A stretch of DNA of 64,000 nucleotides, taken from an uncultured Christensenella sp. Its GTDB lineage: Bacteria > Bacillota > Clostridia > Christensenellales > UBA3700. The stretch spans positions 264,454 to 328,453 of the forward strand of contig CAJUBA010000001.1 in the NCBI GenBank assembly GCA_910584635.1. Reading direction: 5' to 3'. The notes under the pieces are model-generated. The model made no database searches. It was given only the letters and a program-made list of their open reading frames with translations, and was not told the DNA's origin. Positions 48,410-56,732 of this stretch are shown here, piece by piece. A program made the position numbers and the translations under genes. Position 1 is the stretch's first letter, and each line of letters opens with the position of its first letter.

Positions 48410-48428
48410 ATATTGAAATTATTATTTT

Positions 48429-48466
48429 GACTAAACACAAAACTACACTTCATTTCGATTTTAGTC
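48429..48466 (-). repeat. GACTAAAAT...GTTTAGTC element, copy C (inverted relative to copies A and B)
   Basis: Its reverse complement, GACTAAAATCGAAATGAAGTGTAGTTTTGTGTTTAGTC, is about 31/38 identical to 54363-54400. Confidence 0.55.
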
Positions 48467-48542
48467 GCACTATTCACGACCAAATGCGAAATCTTCACTG
48501 CATTACGATTTCGGTCGGACTTAAGCGGATTGTGTATTTAAC

Positions 48543-48677
48543 CTAGATATTTCGACTTCGCTGTCGCTTCGCTCAATATGACGGGAGAGAAGACAAACTT
48601 CCGTTTTCTGCTCGTTGCGTTTAGCGTACAGAGAAACGCTTATTCATCCGTCATTCTGAGCGTAGTCGAAGAATCTA
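48543..48677. repeat. Internally palindromic MITE/REP-like element L2 (135 bp, with an internal insertion)
   Basis: The arms are CTAGATATTTCGACTTCGCTGTCGCTTCGCTCAATATGAC and GTCATTCTGAGCGTAGTCGAAGAATCTA. It is a direct copy of 54233-54331 (3' arm 29/30). Its 3' part, 48626-48677, is inverted relative to 54122-54174. Confidence 0.65.
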
Positions 48678-48844
48678 ATCTATATATCCTATTACTCAAC
48701 GCCTCAATTAGACGGCGGAGAATTGGGCAATTTTTGTTTTAACGGGGATAGACGAGTAGCCATAGCATACTCCTCGTATGTGGCAAACGATGTCTATCCC
48801 CAGTTCAAGCGAAAAGTGTCCTGTTATACGCCGAATAACGGACT

Positions 48845-51800
48845 CTATTTATTTCTCATACTGCGTTGCTCTTTGAGGAAGTCGTTATAGCGTTCGATTT
48901 GGTCTTCGCGTAGGTCAATCATCTCTTTTGCCGTCGCCAACGCTTGACTATCTCCTACTATCAATTCCGTTTCCTTTACCTTTACCTTAGTTCCTTCGCT
49001 TCCCGCGTTCCTTCTGATGTCCTTCATATACTCGTCTTCCATCTTGAATAACGCTACCGTGCAGTCTTTCTTTATCGTCAGTTTTACCAACGGATTTACA
49101 GATGACTGTCCCAGTAAGATATAGTACGTGGATTTCTTTTCTTTACACTTATCTTTACTCATTGCGTATTCTTTTAACGTATCGAAGAACTTCTTTTGCT
49201 TTGCGGATAGTTTTGCGTACGCTTCGTCTAAAGTAAGTCTTGGAGCGGTAGGTTTCTTTGCCTTAGGCTCGGGTTTAACCGCAGGGATTTCTACTATCTT
49301 CTCTACTACTTTTTCTACCTCTACGGGTACTTCCACTATCTTTTCAACGGGGACTTCCTTCTCGACTATTTTTTCTACCTCTACCGGTACTTCCACCTTT
49401 ACTTCTTTTACTACCTCTTTTTCCACTATCTTTTCGACAGGCACTTCGATTATTTTTTCTATTACTTCTTTTTCTGTATTCTTATTCGCAGCCAATTCTT
49501 TCATTTGTTTCATCATTTCTTCTTGATTGCGCATAAGCATATTCATTTTTTCATCGTTGGCAGATACCTGTATCACCTTCTCTACCGCCTGTCCGTTTGT
49601 AATTTCTCTTTCTATTACTTTCTCTACAGGCTGTTGAGTAGTTAATTTACTTATCAATTTTTCAAGAGTTTCTTCGCTTATTCCATCCTTTTCTTTGGGC
49701 TGTTCAGAAAGTTTTTTCATTAAAATTTCCTGATTACGCATAAGGTCTTCATTTGCTTTCATCAGTTGCTCTATTCTTTCGTCGTTTGCTGACGCTTGTT
49801 GAGGAATCATTTGCTGTACGCCGGGCAACAAAGCCGTTACAACCTCGCTTATCATTCCTTTCATTTCTTCCGCGCCTATGCCTGATTGATAAGCAAATCC
49901 GCCTTGCGGTTGTCCTTGTCCCATACCGCCGGCATTTCCGCCCATCATGTGCATGAACATCATCTTCATATCTTCGTCGCGACGCTTGTTCTCCATTTCT
50001 CTTTGACTTCTCTCATACTCATCCCTAGCGTCTTCCAGTTCCCTTACAGACTTCTTATATCCGCGTTTCTCTATTAGCATGAACACGAACGAAAGTACCG
50101 CTACGCCCATCAGTACGCTCGCTATTATCGTCCAGTTGGTCATGCTAAGTCCAAACAAACCTGTTGTAGCATAGAACGTCTTGTATTTGCTCTCTACTAT
50201 TCTCTTGTTCTCTTTTCTCTTACTTGCGTAACTTATTCCCTTACTTGTAAATATTATTATCAATATTATACTTATTACGCTCGCGACTACTTGCCACCAC
50301 TCTTTGATTATCTGCCCTATCTTCTCAAAGTCTACTGCGCCGTCTTTATTATCCCCGTCCTTATCTCCGTCGTCAGGATTTGTCGGATCGTCGGGATCTT
50401 CCGCTTTCATCTCGAATTCCTTTTTGTCCGTTTCTATTCCGTCTGCGCCTAATATGCTTCCGTCCGCTCCCACAAACTCATAATTATTCCTGTACTCGTC
50501 CTTTATCTTCGCCTTTACGCTGTAAGTCTTTCCTTCTTCGAGTTGACTCTTCTCTACGACGTTGCCATTTTCGTCGTAGTACTCGTATTCTATCACTTCT
50601 TTCTCCGTTTCGCTTATTCCGCTTATCTCCGGACTCTTTCCGCTCGTGCTCCATTCAGCCGTTATACGCTTCTTCGCTATCTCAAATTCTATTTGCTCTT
50701 TACTAAGATAATAATCTTCCGCGTCAGTTTCATTCAACGAAAAAGTTACGATATATTTGCCTGAATTTGATGGCGCACCTTCCAACAAGTTATCTTCACT
50801 TATGCTGTCTTTGTAATATTTTATAATAAGTTTATTGAGACTGAAATTTCCTTCTCGAATACTCAACTCTATGCCGTGCAGAGCGCCGTCATACTCAAAT
50901 ACAGACTTTTCTATATCAACGCATACTTCTTCATTATTCGATCCGACTTTGAAAGATTGCAGCGCAGTTACCGTATCCAATTCATAATTATTAGATGCCG
51001 CGCTTTTCAATATCGCTTCGACCCAATAATATTCCGCGCTTTCCCCGACCGCAATCTTGTCTAAGGTTATCTCTTCTCCCTTTTCGCCGTTATTGTCTTT
51101 ATAATATTTATAATTTTCTAAGTCGATATAATCTTTGTTTGCTCCTACTACTTGAGGCAAATTAAACGTTGATCCATTTATATCGGTCTTGATTTCTTTT
51201 TCCCACTCTAATATAAGCAAACCTTTTAATATTCTCCATTCCAACGTCTTTGGAAAGTCCTTACCTTCTACGTTATAAATATAAGTAGTATTATCGCTTA
51301 ACACAGGCGTTATATAGTTTGCAGAATTACTATTAGTAAATTTTACAACGCTTGCCGAATAATATCCGTCCAACTTAACGAGTTTTTCTTTATTGCCTCT
51401 ATAATCGTCGTCAGAAACACTTAATCCTTCAGGCAATCCGATCAACCTTACCGTAAGCGAATTTCCCGTATATCTTAACTGACCATCTATATAATCCCAC
51501 ATTACTGCCGACAAGTCGTAAAGTCCCTTATTAATTTTCCATTTCAGTGTAAATTCGTCTTTCACTATGTCTATATTAGTATTACCGTCTTTTGCCTTGA
51601 TTTTGAATATCGCAGTATAAATAGAGTCGTTTTCACCTACGTTTACTTCTCTTGTAACTCCCGCATATTCATAATCAATACTGTCCCTAACGTCATCGTT
51701 AAGAGCAAGAACGTCTACTTCAAACACGAAATCCGAGCCATTGTAGTCTACGTTAAATATACCGTTTTCATCAAGTTGACTTATGTTATTATATTTTCCG

Positions 51801-53842
51801 TTGTTTATCTTAACGTTTGCATATCGCCATACCAAATCGCTGTCTTTAATATCTATTTTTTTGTTTCCGACTTCAAATTCTACCGTATTGACAGCCGACA
51901 AAACATAGTTTTTATTCGCGTCCGTTCCGTCCGCAAATTTCATTATATAACTGTACGTACCTTTGTCAGAAAGTTTTGGAAGCGTTACCGTTAACTTTTT
52001 TTCTATTTCAGATATTACGGGTTGGACTGGCGCTTTTGTTTCCGTGGTAACATTTCCCCCCAAATAATATCCTTCAATTTTCAATTTTCCAATATCTTCA
52101 TCGCAGCAATCGATTTCTATGTCGTAAGTTGTAGCAGTATAAACTTGAGTATTCCATTTCTCCAACACTTTTATATTGAGAGTCTTTTTTGCTATATCGA
52201 ACGACAACGTTCTATCTGTCGCAGTATCGTCGTCAGTCCATTCCATAAATTCCTTATTATTTAATGATACGCTGATACGGTAATTGTTTCTTGCGTCCGT
52301 CGCCCATACTCCCTTCTCGCCGGCATCGACTTGTCCTGCCGGTATTTCTCCGAAAACCGCTCCCGTCGACGCGGTAACGGTAAAGAAATCTTCGATATAA
52401 TTTTGAAGCGCAATATAATGCGGACTACCCTTGTATATCAAACTGCTGACGTCTGCGCCAAATTCCAAAGGTATTAAATGATATTTCAATTTGTAGCAAT
52501 ACTCTTCTTCAGTTGCGCTTCCGCTGCTCCAATTCTCTCCCGTCTTGGGTTTTACTTTTATAATATATTTTCCAACATCGGTAACGTCAAAATCTAAAAT
52601 ACCTTCGTCAATGGCATAAGTCGGAACGCTAGCCGCATTGCCGTCCATATCCGTTGCGCTTACAGTCGTAACTTCAATCTCATCCGTCATTCTCGCCAAC
52701 TCAAATTTAACGCTATTGCCGTTGTCATAATATTTCTTCTCTTTCACCGCTATCGGTTTCGGGGTTGTCCTTGCGTTCTCCACTTCCGCCAAATTCAAAT
52801 GAAATGCGGGACGGACATTTGACGCCCACCAATCAGCGTTAGGATGTCCTATGCCATATCCTGATTTATTCATAGATATAGGATAACCGTAAAATGTCGG
52901 ATATGTCGATCTAAGAAGGACAACGTCTCCGCTATCCAATTTCTGTTCTATAGACACGTTCCATAGCGAAGTCCCGCCGCTTCCAACTTCCGCAACACTC
53001 GGAAGCCAAAGTTTATCGTTTGCCCACGCAGCATAAATTGTTGGATATTTGGTATTGTAACCGCCCCAACCGCCAATATCCAATGCGTCGTTATCCGAAT
53101 TGTAAGTTTGTCCCGCCGAATCTTTGGCACTTTGATTATGTTGCCATGACATTTCGTCGGGCACTTCGATAAATCTAGTTAAACTGCCCGGCACGTCATC
53201 GCTTTTATCCATCGTAAAATTAGCCCAAATGCTATCCTTAGATTGCACAGCGTTTCCGGAAAGCGCAGTATCGCTGTAAGATACTGCATATTTACCGCCG
53301 TTATTTAGTCCTACTGTTCTGACATAACTTGAAGAATATAAGTCAGAACGCATAGCATGATTAGTCGTAGTGCTAGGAAAAGCGCTGAATGGCGAAAGAT
53401 TTCCATAACTGCTGTTTGCGAGCCATAGCGTAAGTATGGGATCCCCTGCGCTGTTTTGAGATAAATAGGTAGCCGTCCACTTTTTGCCGTCAAGAGTCAA
53501 AACAATATCATTGCCTTTATTGTTTGTCCTGAAATCATCACTTGTTAAACCTGTCGCTGACATCCCTTTTACGGTATTGAAATTAGCGCCGATTTGATTG
53601 GTCAATCTCTCGTAAATGTCAAATATTTTATCGCCGTCAAAAACTTTTCCGTCCGTCCTATTTGAACTCGCATAATCTGACAACGTAATATCGCCGATTT
53701 CCACAGTCTGTTCATAATTTGCAATAGCATAAGCAGTCTTATTGTTAACAAATATCGAAACAATGCTAATAAAACATAAGCATAAAATTATCAAAGTTGT
53801 TATAAGAAAAACGCCTTTAAATTTTTTCTTCCGTATATCCAT
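48845..53842 (-). CDS. Giant (1665 aa) cell-surface protein: signal peptide, repeat-rich ectodomain of about 1150 aa, hydrophobic membrane region, C-terminal coiled-coil/repeat tail of about 400 aa
   Basis: N-terminal signal/anchor (FLITTLIILCLCFISIVSIFVNNKTAYA). Long beta-rich ectodomain with recurrent Ig-like-sized modules. Hydrophobic segments WWQVVASVISIILIIIFTS and WTIIASVLMGVAVLSFVFMLI. The tail carries SANDE..LMRNQE repeats, VEKIVE/PVEVEK repeats and a terminal globular region of about 130 aa. No family confidently recognised. Confidence 0.7.
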   Translation of the reverse strand: MDIRKKKFKGVFLITTLIILCLCFISIVSIFVNNKTAYAIANYEQTVEIGDITLSDYASSNRTDGKVFDGDKIFDIYERLTNQIGANFNTVKGMSATGLTSDDFRTNNKGNDIVLTLDGKKWTATYLSQNSAGDPILTLWLANSSYGNLSPFSAFPSTTTNHAMRSDLYSSSYVRTVGLNNGGKYAVSYSDTALSGNAVQSKDSIWANFTMDKSDDVPGSLTRFIEVPDEMSWQHNQSAKDSAGQTYNSDNDALDIGGWGGYNTKYPTIYAAWANDKLWLPSVAEVGSGGTSLWNVSIEQKLDSGDVVLLRSTYPTFYGYPISMNKSGYGIGHPNADWWASNVRPAFHLNLAEVENARTTPKPIAVKEKKYYDNGNSVKFELARMTDEIEVTTVSATDMDGNAASVPTYAIDEGILDFDVTDVGKYIIKVKPKTGENWSSGSATEEEYCYKLKYHLIPLEFGADVSSLIYKGSPHYIALQNYIEDFFTVTASTGAVFGEIPAGQVDAGEKGVWATDARNNYRISVSLNNKEFMEWTDDDTATDRTLSFDIAKKTLNIKVLEKWNTQVYTATTYDIEIDCCDEDIGKLKIEGYYLGGNVTTETKAPVQPVISEIEKKLTVTLPKLSDKGTYSYIMKFADGTDANKNYVLSAVNTVEFEVGNKKIDIKDSDLVWRYANVKINNGKYNNISQLDENGIFNVDYNGSDFVFEVDVLALNDDVRDSIDYEYAGVTREVNVGENDSIYTAIFKIKAKDGNTNIDIVKDEFTLKWKINKGLYDLSAVMWDYIDGQLRYTGNSLTVRLIGLPEGLSVSDDDYRGNKEKLVKLDGYYSASVVKFTNSNSANYITPVLSDNTTYIYNVEGKDFPKTLEWRILKGLLILEWEKEIKTDINGSTFNLPQVVGANKDYIDLENYKYYKDNNGEKGEEITLDKIAVGESAEYYWVEAILKSAASNNYELDTVTALQSFKVGSNNEEVCVDIEKSVFEYDGALHGIELSIREGNFSLNKLIIKYYKDSISEDNLLEGAPSNSGKYIVTFSLNETDAEDYYLSKEQIEFEIAKKRITAEWSTSGKSPEISGISETEKEVIEYEYYDENGNVVEKSQLEEGKTYSVKAKIKDEYRNNYEFVGADGSILGADGIETDKKEFEMKAEDPDDPTNPDDGDKDGDNKDGAVDFEKIGQIIKEWWQVVASVISIILIIIFTSKGISYASKRKENKRIVESKYKTFYATTGLFGLSMTNWTIIASVLMGVAVLSFVFMLIEKRGYKKSVRELEDARDEYERSQREMENKRRDEDMKMMFMHMMGGNAGGMGQGQPQGGFAYQSGIGAEEMKGMISEVVTALLPGVQQMIPQQASANDERIEQLMKANEDLMRNQEILMKKLSEQPKEKDGISEETLEKLISKLTTQQPVEKVIEREITNGQAVEKVIQVSANDEKMNMLMRNQEEMMKQMKELAANKNTEKEVIEKIIEVPVEKIVEKEVVKEVKVEVPVEVEKIVEKEVPVEKIVEVPVEVEKVVEKIVEIPAVKPEPKAKKPTAPRLTLDEAYAKLSAKQKKFFDTLKEYAMSKDKCKEKKSTYYILLGQSSVNPLVKLTIKKDCTVALFKMEDEYMKDIRRNAGSEGTKVKVKETELIVGDSQALATAKEMIDLREDQIERYNDFLKEQRSMRNK
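49283..49466 (-). repeat. Intragenic tandem repeat (60-nt period) encoding the VPVEVEKIVEKE... array
   Basis: TTTTCTACCTCTAC(G/C)GGTACTTCCAC recurs at 49311 and 49371. The surrounding sequence is degenerate copies. Confidence 0.6.
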
Positions 53843-53863
53843 TTTTAACCCCGTTTTGTATAC

Positions 53864-53891
53864 GGTCAGGAAAAGTGTACTTTTCCTGACC
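53864..53891 (-). other. Perfect 13-nt-arm hairpin in the 5' region of the giant gene, about 22 nt upstream of its ATG
   Basis: GGTCAGGAAAAGT-gt-ACTTTTCCTGACC. A third copy of the arm (GGTCAGGAAAAGT) is at 53979-53991. No U-tract follows on the sense strand. Confidence 0.5.
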
Positions 53892-54121
53892 TGTTTCTCT
53901 TGAATTCGACAAGGGGATTTTGTATAATATATCTGTATAATTATGTCGTATTTTGTATCATTTTCGACATAAATTCATGGTCAGGAAAAGTACACTTTTT
54001 TTGGAATTTTTTGCTATTTGTCGATTTTTTTATTATTTTTTTACCAAATTTCGAAAAATATAAGTATAGGTTAATGAAAATTTGTTAATTGAGCGATAAA
54101 AGTAAAACTGATTTTATTAGA

Positions 54122-54174
54122 CTAGATTTCTCCACTGCGGTCGAAATGACGGATGAATAAGCGTTTCTCTGTAC
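54122..54174. repeat. Half palindromic element R1, inverted copy of 48626-48677
   Basis: CTAGATTTCTCCACTGCGGTCGAAATGAC followed by GGATGAATAAGCGTTTCTCTGTAC. The latter is 24/24 identical to the reverse complement of 48626-48649. Confidence 0.65.
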
Positions 54175-54232
54175 TATACAATATAACCGGTAATTAGTAT
54201 TACTCTTTTCTTATATTGTTTCTTTATTAAAA

Positions 54233-54331
54233 CTAGATATTTCGACTACGCCACGCTCCGCTCAATATGACAGGAGTGTTGACAAAGTCTGTATTCTTAC
54301 CCGTCATTCTGAGCGTAGTTGAAGAATCTAG
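54233..54331. repeat. Internally palindromic MITE/REP-like element R2 (99 bp), direct copy of 48543-48677
   Basis: CTAGATATTTCGACTACGCCACGCTCCGCTCAATATGAC...GTCATTCTGAGCGTAGTTGAAGAATCTAG. The arms are mutually complementary. Confidence 0.65.
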
Positions 54332-54362
54332 TCTAAATAAAAATCAGTATAAAAAAGAGTCC

Positions 54363-54400
54363 GACTAAAATCGAAACAAAGCGTAGATTTTATGTTTGGT
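54363..54400 (+). repeat. GACTAAAAT...GTTTGGT element, copy B
   Basis: See 31472-31510 and 48429-48466. Confidence 0.55.
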
Positions 54401-54492
54401 TGGAAAATTATTATACAGTTTCTATAAAAATAAAAATTCAACGGAAAAATGATTTTCCGCTGAATATGTTTACAGATAAAATATATTTCTTT

Positions 54493-54969
54493 TTACTTTC
54501 TGTTCAATCGTTTACTCTCAGTGAAGAAATCTTGGTCGGCTTCGTTGACGTAGTCGCCTATATTAAGTTCCTTACTCATAAGATTGACAAGTTCATCTTC
54601 AAATTCGCGTAGTCTTCCTCTTACTCCGTCGCGTTGAGATTTATCTATAACGTTGATATTCGCTTTGCAATATGATTCCCATTTGCTGGAAAATATTTTT
54701 AATCTTTCTCCTTCAAGCGCAAATTTGACCTTTGACGAATACTCAATATTCTTTGCTTTGTCTATTGCCTGCGTAAGCGCAAGGTTTATATTATCCTGTT
54801 CCTTTTTAAGAGATTCAACTTTCTTTACAAGTTCTTGATTTTCTCTTATCAGCCCCTCTACTCTATCTCTAAGTCCCAATATTGTTTTTTCGTATTTATC
54901 GGATTGAGATTTTATATACTCCTGTACTTGATTTTTGTCGTAACCTTTTCTCGATATAGAAAAATTCAT
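54493..54969 (-). CDS. DivIVA-domain coiled-coil protein
   Basis: MNFSISRKGYDKNQVQEYI matches the DivIVA N-terminal motif (F....GYD...V..FL-type) and is followed by a coiled coil. ATG 54969 has an AAGGAG SD. The track start at 55044 is an unsupported extension. Confidence 0.75.
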   Translation of the reverse strand: MNFSISRKGYDKNQVQEYIKSQSDKYEKTILGLRDRVEGLIRENQELVKKVESLKKEQDNINLALTQAIDKAKNIEYSSKVKFALEGERLKIFSSKWESYCKANINVIDKSQRDGVRGRLREFEDELVNLMSKELNIGDYVNEADQDFFTESKRLNRK

Positions 54970-55094
54970 TTTTTGCTCCTTTATATTGTATAATATATTT
55001 ATATAGTACAAATAAATTATAAACGCAAAACAGGTCGTCGACATTGTCGATAACCTGTTTTTTTGTCTTTTATTGATAGTATTTGACGAGCGCG

Positions 55095-56525
55095 TTATTT
55101 CATCGGCTTATTCGCTTTGATAAGACTTTGCTTTAAGTCGTAAAGTTTTTGCGACAAATCCACTTTATAGATATGAGGGTTTAACATTCTCTTGTATTCA
55201 TTCCAAAATTCGCCGTAACTTTGTTTGTGATATTTAGCAATTTCCTTTACAGGCGGCAAATCATAAACCAGTTTGCCGTCTTTAATAATCTGCTTGCCAA
55301 GTTCTTTAACGTAAAAATTCGTAATCTTCTTTCTTTTCCATGCAAAATCGGGATGGAAAATTTCTAATTCATCCAAACCGTCAAAATTCTCTTCCTGCAA
55401 AGCGATTAAATCGGCAATGGCTTTATCTGTATTTTTATCGTAAAGTCTGACAATCTTCTTAAATCCCGGATTTGTTATTTTTGCCGGAGTATCGCTCATT
55501 TTCATCTTCGGCGTAAGCACGCCGTCTATTTCAATCCCGGCGAGTTTATATACTCCGCCCAACGACGGGCAGTCCATACTGGTAATCAACTTCGTACCTA
55601 TGCCCCAACTGTCGATACAAGCGTTTTGAGTAGCCAAAGATTGCAAAATATTTTCGTCAATATCTCCGCTTGCGCAAATTATAGCCTTTTCAAACCCCGC
55701 TTCGTCAAGCATTTTTCTCGCCTCTCGCGATAAATACGCCAAATCTCCGCTATCCAATCGAATACCTATAGGCTCGTAACCTTTGGCTCTTAATTCTTTG
55801 AAAACGGTAATAGCGTTTGGAACGCCGCTACCCAACGTGTCGTAAGTATCGCAAAGCAACAGGCATTTGTTTGGATAAATATCCGCGTACGCTCTGAAAG
55901 CGTCAAGTTCCGTCGGAAAACTCATTACCCAACTGTGCGCGTGCGTACCTGATACCGGAACGTCGAACATTTTGCCCGCAAGGACGTTGGACGTCGATTG
56001 ACATCCGGCGATTATAGCCGCTCTTGCCCCGTAAATACCTGCGTCAGGACCTTGCGCTCTGCGTAATCCGAATTCTGCGATAGAACCGCCTTTTGCCGCG
56101 TATACGACTTTTGCAGTCTTCGTCGCGATTAGCGTCTGATGATTAAGAATACAAAGTATTGCGGTTTCAATAAACTGCGCTTCGAACATCCTCGCCTTTA
56201 CGGTAAGAATAGGCTCTTGCGGAAATATTACAGTACCTTCGGGAACCGCATATATATCTCCCGTAAATTTGAAATTTTTGAGAAGAGTCAAAAATTCCTC
56301 GTCAAAAGTGTTCAACGAACGCAAGTATTCAATATCTTCGTCTTCGAATTTTAAGCCAAGAACATAATCTACAACCTGCTCCAAACCGCAAGCAATCGCA
56401 TAATTATTACCGACGCCTCTGTAAAACACATCAAATACCGCAACTTCATTCATCTGCTTGTTTTTACTGTAACCGTACATCATGGTTAGTTGATACAAGT
56501 CTGTAAGTAAAGTTAAGTTTCTCAT
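55095..56525 (-). CDS. pncB: Nicotinate phosphoribosyltransferase
   Basis: 476 aa. LTDLYQLTM, GTHAHSW and CDTYDT motifs. Confidence 0.9.
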   Translation of the reverse strand: MRNLTLLTDLYQLTMMYGYSKNKQMNEVAVFDVFYRGVGNNYAIACGLEQVVDYVLGLKFEDEDIEYLRSLNTFDEEFLTLLKNFKFTGDIYAVPEGTVIFPQEPILTVKARMFEAQFIETAILCILNHQTLIATKTAKVVYAAKGGSIAEFGLRRAQGPDAGIYGARAAIIAGCQSTSNVLAGKMFDVPVSGTHAHSWVMSFPTELDAFRAYADIYPNKCLLLCDTYDTLGSGVPNAITVFKELRAKGYEPIGIRLDSGDLAYLSREARKMLDEAGFEKAIICASGDIDENILQSLATQNACIDSWGIGTKLITSMDCPSLGGVYKLAGIEIDGVLTPKMKMSDTPAKITNPGFKKIVRLYDKNTDKAIADLIALQEENFDGLDELEIFHPDFAWKRKKITNFYVKELGKQIIKDGKLVYDLPPVKEIAKYHKQSYGEFWNEYKRMLNPHIYKVDLSQKLYDLKQSLIKANKPMK

Positions 56526-56732
56526 TACAACTCCTAATTTGATATTTTGATGCTAAAACCTTTTCAAGTTTCAGTGAGGTTGGACGGCTTGTCCATGACC
56601 CAATTACTGCCCTACTTTTTCTTTCAGTATAAATTTTGCGACATTCATTGAAATTTGTCAAACGTTGAAAGATAAAATAAAAGAATATATTTTATAGACA
56701 TTTACAATTTTCTAATATCGTCGTATTTTATA

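Noticed and set aside
48301-48844. Possible CRISPR array, because short repeats occur on both sides of the giant gene
   Set aside because: The repeats are few, are internally palindromic, and are of differing lengths and orientations. They lack regular repeat-spacer periodicity, and no cas genes are present. They fit MITE/REP-like elements better.
53900-53928. Plus-strand promoter TTGAAT-17-TATAAT pointing away from the giant gene (possible sRNA)
   Set aside because: The tract is AT-rich and reads as a -10 on both strands. No convincing downstream terminator or conserved structure is present, so it is mentioned only as context.
48429-54400. Phase-variable invertible promoter (shufflon/fim-like switch) for the giant gene
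   Set aside because: The inverted repeats enclose the whole gene plus its upstream region rather than a promoter alone, so inversion would not obviously switch expression. No invertase or recombinase gene is in the window. I kept it only as one of several interpretations in the finding.
56526-56732. Possible NAD-related riboswitch or NiaR operator in the roughly 100-200 nt pncB leader
   Set aside because: I see only a short TGGAC/GTCCA hairpin and a GACA-N12-TGTC inverted repeat. I cannot match either to the nadA or pnuC motif or to a remembered NiaR consensus. A Rfam/Infernal scan would be needed.
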